Assembly: GCA_963737905.1 (NCBI GenBank)
Contig: CAVTUQ010000008.1
Location: 128,001-192,000 of the forward strand
Reading direction: 5' to 3'
DNA: 64,000 nucleotides
From: an uncultured delta proteobacterium
Lineage (GTDB): Bacteria > Desulfobacterota > Binatia > UBA9968
Position 1 is the first letter of the stretch, and each line of letters starts with the position of its first letter. This document shows, piece after piece, positions 29,651 to 38,619 of the stretch. A model generated the notes under the pieces. It saw only the letters and a program-made list of their open reading frames with translations, searched no databases and had not been told where the DNA came from. Position numbers and translations under genes: made by a program.

Positions 29651-32497
29651 AGAGCGGGCCGGCTACGCGCGGCCGCCGGTCTTCGTAGGGTCCGGGTATG
29701 CGTTCGAAACTTCGCAAATTCGGTTTTTATTTGATTCTCGTAGTTTTTGCGTTTGTTGCGACGCTCTTTGTCGGCGAGCTTGGTGTCACGGTTTATCATA
29801 TCGTCCGTGACGGCAAGTATATTTCCCCGGGCGAACGGCTTGCAGCCGAGAGGAACGCTTACGTCGAGGCGGCTCGTGCACAGACACCGAGCGCCTGCGG
29901 CTATGGAGATAGCCTTATCGCCCACCCCTATTTGGCATTCGTGCAGACGGCTCTGGGACCCTGTGGTTTCGGTTATGCCAACAGCAAGAGTTTGCTCGGT
30001 AAAGAGTTTCCCGACAGGCCACGGCCTAGAACCGGTATTATACTTGTCACCGGTGGCTCTGTTGCCGCTCAGTTCGTCGGCTATGACCGAAAAATAGAGA
30101 GTCCGCTCGAACGAATTCTTAACGCGGAGTTCACCGGTGATCGTTTCGACCGGTTCATCGTTCTTAACGGCGGACGCGGAGCATGGAAGCAACCCAACCA
30201 GTACATTTTTTTCGGACTTTACGCGGACATTCTTACCGGAGTCATCACTCTCGACGGCTTCAACGAGCACTATATGATCAACTCTCGACGGAGATTCGAA
30301 GAGCCTGCCAGCCTCTATTTCCAAGTCGTTGAGCGCCAAGATCCTCGTGTGACCACGGCTCCGCTCACCTTGGCCGCGCTCAAGCTGGACGCCGACCTTT
30401 ACCGATTCGCTTCCCGTCATGCCATCTTCCAGGTGTCAAATCTTGCCTATTTCGTGGTTGATGTTGTACGCAGAACGCTACGGCGCTACGCCTCCCACAC
30501 ACCAAAGCTCTCGATTCCCGCTGAAGACGATTGGGTCAAGGCCTCGTATGCCCAGATGTTTGCCTTGCACGATGAAATGACGCCAGAGGAAAGCAAAATC
30601 TGGTCGCTGCGGCAATATGAAAAATACATTCGTCTGATGCATGGGGGCGCCGAAGCCCTGCGCATTAAGAGCCTTTTCCTCATTCAACCGATCCCTGGTT
30701 TGGGAAAGTCTCTCACGGAGAATGAAAGGGTTTTCGCTCGGGGCACTGACCGGGAACTGTACAAAGAGATGACCGACCATGTGGTGGGTCTGCGCGAACA
30801 GTTTGGGATCCCGGTCTACAGCTTGCTCGACGTGTTTCAAGACACGAAGGAAGAGATCTACAAAGACCACGCTCATGTCAATGACCTAGGTGATGAGATC
30901 ATGGCCCGGCGAGTGGCAGATTTGATTGCGGAGGTTTGGGGCTGGCCACGCAAGCGAGGGCAAAAACCTGCCACAGCAGAGCCGCACCTCAATGTTAAAT
31001 GATAGGGTATGCAGCCCTGGCAACGCGGCAAATGATTCTGGACTTTATTGCTTGTTTCCGCTGTTTCGCATTCAACCTAGGTAATTCATTGATACGACGC
31101 TATAGCCGCCACTTTAGAAATCTCAGATATGGCTCCGTAGTTTTTTCCCCATCGCAACCGAATAACCAGAGCGGGCCGGCTACGCGTGGCCGCCGGTCTT
31201 CGTAGGGGTCCGGGTATGCGTTCGAAACTTCGCAAATTCGGTTTTTATTTGATTCTCGCAGTTTTTGCTTTTGTTGCGCCGCTCTTTGTCGGCGAGCTTG
31301 GTGTCACGGTTTATTATATCGTTCGCGACGGCAAGTATATTTCCCCGGGGGAACGGCTTGCAGCCGAAAGGAACGCTTACGTCGAAGTGGCTCGGGCGCA
31401 GACACCGAGCAAAGGCTGCGGCTATGGAGATAGCCTTATCGTCCATCCCTATCTGGCTTACGTGCAGGCGGCTGTGGGACCCTGTGGTGTTGGCTATGCC
31501 AACAGCAAGAGTATGATCGGGAAGGAGTTTCCGGACAGGCCGCCGCCTAGAACCGGTATCATACTTCTCACCGGTGGCTCGGTAGCCGCCCAGTTTATCT
31601 GGGATAACCGGCAAGAAGAAAGTCCTCTCGAACGTATTCTCAATGCCGAGTTCACCGGTGATCGTTTCGACCGGTTCATCGTTCTTAACGGCGGGCACGG
31701 AGCATGGAAACAACCCAACCAGTACATTTTTTTTGGACTTTACGCGGATATTCTTACCGGAGTCATCACGCTCGACGGCGTCAACGAGCACGATCGGATC
31801 GCCTCTCGGCAGAGATTCGAAGAGCCTGCCAGCAATTATTTCCAAGCCGTTGAGCGCCAAGATCCCCGCGTGACCACAGCTCCGTTCACAATGGCCGCGC
31901 TCAAGCTGGACGCCGACCTTTACCGATTCGCCTCCCGTCATGCCATCTTCCAGGTGTCCAATCTCGCTTACATAGTGGTCGATGCCCTACGCACGGCCCT
32001 GCGGCGCTACGCATCGCGCACACCAAAGATTTCAATCACCGCTGAAGACGACTGGGTCAAGGCCTCGTATGCACAGATGTTCGCCTTCCACGATAAAATG
32101 ACGCGGGAGGAACGCAAGATCTGGTCTCTGCGGCAATACGAAAAATATATTCGCCTGATGCATGGGGGAGCCGAGACCCTGGGCATTAAGAGCCTTTTTC
32201 TCATTCAACCGATCCCAGGTTGGGGAAAGCCTCTCACGGAGCGCGAAAGGACATTCGCTCGGGGCACTGACCAGGCACTTTACAAAGAGATGACCGACCA
32301 CCTGGTGGGTCTGCGCGCGCAGTTTGGGATCCCAGTGTACAGCCTGCTCGACGTGTTTCGAGGCACGAAGGAAGAGATCTACAAAGACCAGGCCCATGTC
32401 AATGAATTAGGCAATGAGATCATGGCCAGACGAGTCGCAGATTTGATTGCGGAGGTTTGGGGCTGGCCACGTAAGCGGGTGCAACAGCCTGCCACAG
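29651..32497 (+). repeat. tandem gene duplication (29651-30976 vs 31168-32497) including about 47 nt of leader
   Basis: Collinear, highly similar DNA at offset 1517-1521. Confidence 0.95.
29698..31002 (+). CDS. membrane-anchored SGNH-fold protein (paralog A)
   Basis: N-terminal TM helix; GGS (block I), NGG.G (II), LDGFNE (III), DHAH (V). Confidence 0.72.
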   Translation: MRSKLRKFGFYLILVVFAFVATLFVGELGVTVYHIVRDGKYISPGERLAAERNAYVEAARAQTPSACGYGDSLIAHPYLAFVQTALGPCGFGYANSKSLLGKEFPDRPRPRTGIILVTGGSVAAQFVGYDRKIESPLERILNAEFTGDRFDRFIVLNGGRGAWKQPNQYIFFGLYADILTGVITLDGFNEHYMINSRRRFEEPASLYFQVVERQDPRVTTAPLTLAALKLDADLYRFASRHAIFQVSNLAYFVVDVVRRTLRRYASHTPKLSIPAEDDWVKASYAQMFALHDEMTPEESKIWSLRQYEKYIRLMHGGAEALRIKSLFLIQPIPGLGKSLTENERVFARGTDRELYKEMTDHVVGLREQFGIPVYSLLDVFQDTKEEIYKDHAHVNDLGDEIMARRVADLIAEVWGWPRKRGQKPATAEPHLNVK

Positions 32498-32523
32498 AAG
32501 GCTTGAGAAACGGACCACCTTGA
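31216..32523 (+). CDS. membrane-anchored SGNH-fold protein (paralog B)
   Basis: Same motifs (GGS, NGGHG, LDGVNE, DQAH); start placed by alignment to paralog A. Confidence 0.72.
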   Translation: MRSKLRKFGFYLILAVFAFVAPLFVGELGVTVYYIVRDGKYISPGERLAAERNAYVEVARAQTPSKGCGYGDSLIVHPYLAYVQAAVGPCGVGYANSKSMIGKEFPDRPPPRTGIILLTGGSVAAQFIWDNRQEESPLERILNAEFTGDRFDRFIVLNGGHGAWKQPNQYIFFGLYADILTGVITLDGVNEHDRIASRQRFEEPASNYFQAVERQDPRVTTAPFTMAALKLDADLYRFASRHAIFQVSNLAYIVVDALRTALRRYASRTPKISITAEDDWVKASYAQMFAFHDKMTREERKIWSLRQYEKYIRLMHGGAETLGIKSLFLIQPIPGWGKPLTERERTFARGTDQALYKEMTDHLVGLRAQFGIPVYSLLDVFRGTKEEIYKDQAHVNELGNEIMARRVADLIAEVWGWPRKRVQQPATEGLRNGPP

Positions 32524-33174
32524 CTCGGGGGGTCAATATCCTGGGTTTGCTACCGTGAAAGCCATCGGAAGAAGGTAGCCTAAGCTAAACTCTTCTCGTG
32601 GATCGTCGGAACCCCTAACAGTCAAATCATTTCCATCAATGATCTACCTGCGAGTTGCGCACTACCCGAACTGGGAGCAACGGGGTGTTGGCGTGTGGAC
32701 AAGAGATCAGCGAGTCTGCCTGCGGGACGGAGTATCAAGCCTTTGCCTTTGTTGCGGAGTGGGAAGTCTGGTAGGAACACAAGTTGTACTGATCCTGACT
32801 TTACGGCGGATAATAGCTGTATGGGGACCAATCGACAAGTAGGTGGATATGAGTGATTGTAAGGGTCGGAGATGACAGGGCTGCCCCGTGGGCCAGCGTT
32901 TCAGGGGTTCGGGTCTGGCGGATCAATCAGACTCATCCGCTTTGTGTTGAATCCGGATTTTAGAGAGAGGAAGTTTGTGGTACTGGATGTGGTGGGAGCA
33001 AGGACATAGTAGTGTCGGGCAGGGAGACAGCAGGACTTGCGAGAGGGCCGGCGTTTCAGCTTTTTGACGGAGGTGGAAACTTGCTAGTGACGCAGTTTGT
33101 TCTCAACTCAGATAGGATTCTCGTTCAAACCCAATTCGTGCTCAATCCGGATTTCTAGAGTGCGGTCCAGGACA

Positions 33175-35766
33175 ATGATACGACGCTGGGTTTTTATTTT
33201 TGCTACGGTTCATATTCTGGCTGTGAGCTCCACAAACGCGCAGACCGGCAAGGATGGACCCATGGCCAAACTAACCCACAACCTGGTCCTTCTATATGCG
33301 CAGCATGCTGCTCCTCTGGCACAACGTAGCGCGGCGCCATTCAGCTCCAATGACTCTTTGGTCACACTGGTCGATGATCGAGTCCTGGTTGATGCCGTGG
33401 CGTCTGGGGACGTAAACGTTCTCAAATCCGATTTGGTTTCCCTCGGAATGCAACAGGTCGTCTCCTTTGGCCGCATTGTTTCCGGTCAGCTGCCTATATC
33501 TGCCATTCCTGCCGCGGCGGGACTCGCAAGCCTAAGATTCGCGCAGCCTTCGGCGGCAATGACTAATGTGGGGATAGTGGCAAGCCAAGGCGACCAAGCT
33601 ATGCGCGCTAACATAGCCCGAACGATGGTCGGAGTTGATGGGACCGGAATTAACGTCGGGGCGCTTTCAGATAGCTTCAATTGTTTGGGCGGCGCTGCGG
33701 CGGACGTGGCCAGTAACGACCTTTCGCCAGTAACTGTCATCCAGGAGATTTCGAACTGCGCTGACGCCACCGACGAAGCTCGGGCTCTGCTGCAAATCGT
33801 CCATGACATCGCCCCGGGCGCCAATCTTTCTTACGCAACAGCATTCAACGGAATAGCTTCTTTCGCTGCGAACATTCAGGCCCTTGCAGCAGCCGGAGCG
33901 AAGGTGATTGTTGATGACGTATTGTATTTCGCCGAGCCGATGTTCCAGGATGGCATCATCGCCCAGGCGGTTAACAGCGTTGTCGCTGGGGGCGTTGCTT
34001 ATTTCTCTGCGGCAGGAAATCAAGCACGGCAGAGCTATCAAAGCGTCTTTAGGGCGGGTGATTTTTTCGCGGATGGTGCCTTTCCTTCGACTCTCGGCGC
34101 GCCTTCCTTCCTCGGTGGTATTGCACACAATTTCAATTCCAGTGGCGGCAAGAATCATTTCCAAAGCATCACGATTCCCGGGCTGACTACCCTTCGCTTC
34201 AGTCTTCAATGGGACTCGCCGTTTTTCTCGGTCAGTGGCTCCCCAGGAACCGAGAATGATCTGGACATCTACCTGTTGGATGCCTCTGCGACCCAAGTCC
34301 TTGCTGGTAGCGCATTTAATAATGTCGGAGGCGATGCAGTCGAGGTCCTTGGAGTGCGTAACAATGGGACAGCTCCGGTTACTGTCAAGCTCATGATTGT
34401 GAAGCATTCGGGCGCAGACCCGGGCTTGATAAAATATGTCTACTTCGGGCCTGCTACGATAAACGAATTTGATACGCGGAGTGGGACGATCTTTGGCCAC
34501 GCAAACGCTGTGGGTGCCGAAGCGGTGGGGGCTGCTCGATACTCTAACACCCCCGCCTTTAGTGTTTTTCCGCCGATCTTGGAGTCCTTCTCTTCATCCG
34601 GGGCGACTCCCATTCTTTTTGACCTAGCGGGCAACCGGCTTGCGACGCCTGATTCCCGTTCCCCAAAGCCAGAAATTGTAGCTCCGGATGGTGTCGATAC
34701 GACATTCTTCGGCTCCGATACCGATGGGACTGGATTCCCGAATTTCTTTGGGACCTCCGCCGCGGCGCCTCATGCGGCAGGCGTGGCTGCGTTGCTTTTG
34801 GAAGCTAAGCCGACCCTGGCTCCGTTCAAACTTTATGCGGCCCTCGAAAAAACGGCCATCGATGCGGGGCCACCGGGTTTCGACAGCGAGTCGGGATTTG
34901 GTCTCGTTCAAGCGGACGCAGCCCTTGAATCTCTTAGAAATCACCCCGCGGGTGACTTTGATGGTGATGGCAGGAGCGACATAGGAGTTTACCGCGACGG
35001 GGCATGGTTTATATTTCGCTCTTCGGATCGAGGAGCGACAGTAACGGGTTGGGGAGGGCTAGCCCAAGACATACCGGTACCCGGAGACTACGATGGGGAT
35101 GGGAAGGCCGACATTGCGGTATACCGGGACGGCACGTGGTATATACTGCGCTCTTCGGATGGGGTAGCGACCGTGACGACTTGGGGAGGTTTAGCACAGG
35201 ACGTACCGGTGCCAGCGGACTATGACGGGGATGGGAAGACGGACATTGCAGTGTATCGCGGTGGGGGTTGGTTTATTGTTCGATCTTCGGATGGAGCAGT
35301 ATTCGTTGTGGGTTTTGGAGGGCTAGCCCAGGACATACCGGTACCCGGAGACTACGATGGGGATGGGAAGGCCGACATTGCGGTATACCGGGACGGCACG
35401 TGGTATATACTGCGCTCTTCGGATGGGGTAGCGACCGTGACGACTTGGGGAGGTTTAGCACAGGACGTACCGGTGCCAGCGGACTATGACGGGGATGGGA
35501 AGACGGACATTGCAGTGTATCGCGGTGGGGGTTGGTTTATTGTTCGATCTTCGGATGGAGCAGTATTCGTTGTGGGTTTTGGAGGGCTGGCCCAGGACAT
35601 ACCGGTACCAGCGGACTATGATGGAGACGGGAAGACGGATATCGCGGTGTACCGGGATGGGATCTGGTATGCTTTGCGTTCCTCAGACGGTGTGCAGACG
35701 GCGATAGCATGGGGCGGAGCACCACAGGATATACCGTTAAATTGGTATTGGCGTCCAAAGAACTAA
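33175..35766 (+). CDS. secreted S8 subtilase-like protease with six C-terminal DxDGDG repeats
   Basis: Signal peptide; VGALSDS, DEARA, SAAGN, KPEIVAPDG, FFGTSAAAPHAAG; six repeats. Confidence 0.87.
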   Translation: MIRRWVFIFATVHILAVSSTNAQTGKDGPMAKLTHNLVLLYAQHAAPLAQRSAAPFSSNDSLVTLVDDRVLVDAVASGDVNVLKSDLVSLGMQQVVSFGRIVSGQLPISAIPAAAGLASLRFAQPSAAMTNVGIVASQGDQAMRANIARTMVGVDGTGINVGALSDSFNCLGGAAADVASNDLSPVTVIQEISNCADATDEARALLQIVHDIAPGANLSYATAFNGIASFAANIQALAAAGAKVIVDDVLYFAEPMFQDGIIAQAVNSVVAGGVAYFSAAGNQARQSYQSVFRAGDFFADGAFPSTLGAPSFLGGIAHNFNSSGGKNHFQSITIPGLTTLRFSLQWDSPFFSVSGSPGTENDLDIYLLDASATQVLAGSAFNNVGGDAVEVLGVRNNGTAPVTVKLMIVKHSGADPGLIKYVYFGPATINEFDTRSGTIFGHANAVGAEAVGAARYSNTPAFSVFPPILESFSSSGATPILFDLAGNRLATPDSRSPKPEIVAPDGVDTTFFGSDTDGTGFPNFFGTSAAAPHAAGVAALLLEAKPTLAPFKLYAALEKTAIDAGPPGFDSESGFGLVQADAALESLRNHPAGDFDGDGRSDIGVYRDGAWFIFRSSDRGATVTGWGGLAQDIPVPGDYDGDGKADIAVYRDGTWYILRSSDGVATVTTWGGLAQDVPVPADYDGDGKTDIAVYRGGGWFIVRSSDGAVFVVGFGGLAQDIPVPGDYDGDGKADIAVYRDGTWYILRSSDGVATVTTWGGLAQDVPVPADYDGDGKTDIAVYRGGGWFIVRSSDGAVFVVGFGGLAQDIPVPADYDGDGKTDIAVYRDGIWYALRSSDGVQTAIAWGGAPQDIPLNWYWRPKN
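35053..35608 (+). repeat. near-perfect 264-bp (two-unit) tandem duplication inside the repeat tail
   Basis: ggagggct.gccca recurs at 35053, 35317 and 35581 with near-identical sequence between. Confidence 0.95.
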
Positions 35767-36051
35767 TGTAACTCGTTCAAACCAGGTTTCTGCTAAATCC
35801 GGATTTCCAGAGCGATTGATTCCCGCGAGTGTGTCGCCTTCCCAGTTTTAGTAAAAAGCTTCCGAAACAAAATGGTCCTTTCAAAGGATCAGTGACCAAC
35901 GGCACGTACCGTATCGAGTCGAGAGAGGGAAAGGTGTAACGCTCGCATAGTTCTAACACACAAAACATAGTTTTTCCTAGACGTATCTGCAGGTGTAAAG
36001 TAAAATATGAATCATTAATCTTTTACAGGTAGACCGGAGGATCAGTCTTTT

Positions 36052-37719
36052 ATGAAAGAGCGACTGGCGGCTTGGACGTGGGTCGTCGCTGTATCGATTA
36101 TAGTCTTCGCAATTTCGCCCGCTCATGCGGGGGGCATTCTGTACTCTATTTCTCGTGATGATGACTTACTTAGGCGAGTCAATCCTTCAACCGGGACCAC
36201 AATATCGAGCGTGGCAATCACGTTGGCGGGAAGAGGGGTCTCATTTGGGAATGGGCTTGCCACTCACCCGATGACCGGAAAGCTCTTCGCCCTGCTCAAA
36301 TTGGATGGTCAAACTGGACGGCAGTTGGTGACGATCAACCCTACTACCGGCGTTGCCACAAGTATTGGTGATACCGGGGATCAGTTTGCTGGACTAGCCT
36401 TCAATTCAAGCGGAACCCTATATGGCGTAATAGGTGACAAGAAAAACGCTGCTGGGGGAGGCTTACCGGCCGAGACTCTGTTCATGCTGAACACTTCGAA
36501 CGCTGCGCCCACACAAGTGTTGGTTTTGGGGCGTGGTAACGACGGAGAAGCAATTGGTTTTAATCCCAATGACGGTCTCATCTATCACGCATCCGGAAAC
36601 GATACAGGAGGGGATGGCTGTCAGCCGTTTAATCCGTCTATCTGTGTAGAGATCTTTGAATCGATAAATCCCAATACTCTTGCAGTAACGAATCTCCCGC
36701 TCTCAGGTGATTACACGCCATTGTCGGAAAATTATGTCGAAATATCAGCGATGACCCATGACTCTGGCAATGTTTTGCTACTCGCAGACATCGATCAAAA
36801 TTTCTATAGAATCACCAGTACGGGTGTCGTGACTTTTGTGGGCAATATGGATCACGTTTCAAAAGGGCTTGCCTTCATTTCCAAGCCCTCTATTGACTTT
36901 GATGCAGACGGCAAAAGCGATATTGGAATCTACCGGAATGGAATCTGGTATATTCTCCGATCCTCGGATGGCGGAGTAACAATAACGGAATGGGGTGGGT
37001 TGGCGCAGGACATACCGGTACCCGGAGACTACGATGGGGATGGAAGGACAGACATTGCCGTGTATCGAGGTGGTGGATGGTTTATTTTACGATCCTCAGA
37101 CGGTGGGATGACAGCGATAGGTTTTGGTGGGTTGACGCAGGATATACCGGTACCTGGGGACTATGACGGGGATGGGAAGGCGGACATTGCCGTGTATCGA
37201 GGCGGTGGATGGTATATTTTACGATCTTCAGACGGTGGGGTGACAGCGATAGGTTTTGGCGGGTTGGCGCAGGATATACCGGTACCTGGAGACTACGATG
37301 GGGATGGAAAAACAGACATAGCGGTGTATCGAGATGGCTTGTGGTTTATTCGGCGTTCTTCAGACGGTGTGCAGACTGTGGTGGGTTGGGGAGGGACGAT
37401 GCAAGACATACCGGTGCCGGCGGACTATGATGGGGATGGAAAAAACGACATAGCGGTGTATCGAGGAGGACTATGGATTATCCTGCGGTCCTCGGATGGA
37501 GGAGTGACCGTGATGGGATGGGGTGGGGTACAGGACATGGTGGTACCGGCAGATTACGATGGGGATGGCAAGACAGACATTGCGGTATACCGAGACGGCT
37601 TGTGGCTTATCTGGCGTTCTTCAGATGGGATGCAGACCGTAGTGGGTTGGGGAGGACTAGCGCAGGACATACCACTAACTAAGTGTAATTATTTCTATCC
37701 AAGCTGCGTCCTGAATTAG
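36052..37719 (+). CDS. secreted beta-propeller-like protein with six C-terminal DxDGDG repeats
   Basis: GGAGG SD; AHA signal cleavage; repeated (I/V)NP.TG and GLAF..G.LY blades; six repeats. Confidence 0.82.
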   Translation: MKERLAAWTWVVAVSIIVFAISPAHAGGILYSISRDDDLLRRVNPSTGTTISSVAITLAGRGVSFGNGLATHPMTGKLFALLKLDGQTGRQLVTINPTTGVATSIGDTGDQFAGLAFNSSGTLYGVIGDKKNAAGGGLPAETLFMLNTSNAAPTQVLVLGRGNDGEAIGFNPNDGLIYHASGNDTGGDGCQPFNPSICVEIFESINPNTLAVTNLPLSGDYTPLSENYVEISAMTHDSGNVLLLADIDQNFYRITSTGVVTFVGNMDHVSKGLAFISKPSIDFDADGKSDIGIYRNGIWYILRSSDGGVTITEWGGLAQDIPVPGDYDGDGRTDIAVYRGGGWFILRSSDGGMTAIGFGGLTQDIPVPGDYDGDGKADIAVYRGGGWYILRSSDGGVTAIGFGGLAQDIPVPGDYDGDGKTDIAVYRDGLWFIRRSSDGVQTVVGWGGTMQDIPVPADYDGDGKNDIAVYRGGLWIILRSSDGGVTVMGWGGVQDMVVPADYDGDGKTDIAVYRDGLWLIWRSSDGMQTVVGWGGLAQDIPLTKCNYFYPSCVLN

Positions 37720-38383
37720 TCTGTCCGTATGCCCGCGGCAGCGAAGACCGGACATCAATAAGATTCTTTATGGCTCCAAGACTGGCATCATCACCATGAT
37801 GCTTGTCCTCTTAGGACTCGGATTCGGGTTTGTTCATCGCGTCGTTAACACCGCAGAGATCCCAGGGGCTATTGTTAGTCTGTCTGACCCCCAAACGGTG
37901 CGGGACAAGAAAAATGAACTATCCAGACAGGGCGGTCAAAATCAGACCGCTGTGGCAAACCGAATAGCACTCAATTTATTCGAGGATGTTTTTTTCTTGA
38001 GAACATCTTGCCATGAGTGCGACAGTCTGATTAATTTGAAAATCTTTCACGTTTCCCAGCCAGCAGACTAGCTTCAATTTATCATCCATTTAATCCAGTT
38101 AGTAATATCAAACCGGGCAGATCGGGATCAGCCGCAGTTGGCTTCTTTCTCGTTATATCTAGCATTGTCCGGCCGGCACTAGAAATTCACCGGCTCACGG
38201 GTCTCGAGGCAGGGGAAGATTGTTGCCGACTGAGTCGAGCGACTTCTACGGCCCTAAGTCTTGGATTTGGGAAAGCACGATTTCGTCGATCGTTGATCAA
38301 GTTTGTAGGCTAGAGCCTTTTCGAACTGTGTTTGTCTTTGCTGAATCATTATGGATTTATGAGGTTTTGAGGCAGTCACCGCA

Positions 38384-38399
38384 CGGTATAGTATTTGCG
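38384..38399 (+). promoter_or_regulatory. possible sigma-54 (-24/-12) promoter
   Basis: CGGTATAGTATTTGCG has GG and GC at the canonical spacing, about 80 nt upstream of the riboswitch; imperfect match to TGGCAC. Confidence 0.35.
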
Positions 38400-38476
38400 T
38401 GACCCTCCCGGGATCACGCGCGTCCTTTACTTCAAGCAGCGAAATAATTCCTCGCGAGATCGAAACACGTTGATCG

Positions 38477-38567
38477 GCTGACAAAGGCAAACCACCTGAA
38501 AAGGTGGGACGCAAAGCCACTGGCCTAAAGCCTGAGTATCGGGCTACGGTAGCAGGGTTGCCAGGCG
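38477..38567 (+). ncRNA. c-di-GMP-I (GEMM-I) riboswitch aptamer
   Basis: GGCAAACC..GAAA..GGGACGCAAAGCC..GGCCTAA...GGTAGC.GGGTTGCC closely follows the Vibrio Vc2 pattern, 5' of a surface-protein gene. Confidence 0.92.
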
Positions 38568-38619
38568 AGCACGAGTCTTCTTTAGGCTTCGTGATACGCA
38601 GCAGCCTGAGGAGGACAAA

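Noticed and set aside
29651-32523. Diversity-generating retroelement (template/variable repeat pair)
   Set aside because: Differences are not adenine-specific, both copies are full ORFs, and no reverse transcriptase is present.
32524-33170. Gene relic, IS end or second riboswitch upstream of the protease
   Set aside because: Only short open frames and a partial GGAAAC..GACGCA resemblance; no full aptamer, terminal repeats or transposase.
37720-38400. Small ORFs 37796-38071 and 38220-38402 (likewise 29291-29608)
   Set aside because: No SD or recognisable motif; AT-rich regulatory-looking DNA.
38477-38567. 3',3'-cGAMP-sensing GEMM-Ib variant
   Set aside because: The discriminating position aligns to G (AAGGCAAACC), not A.
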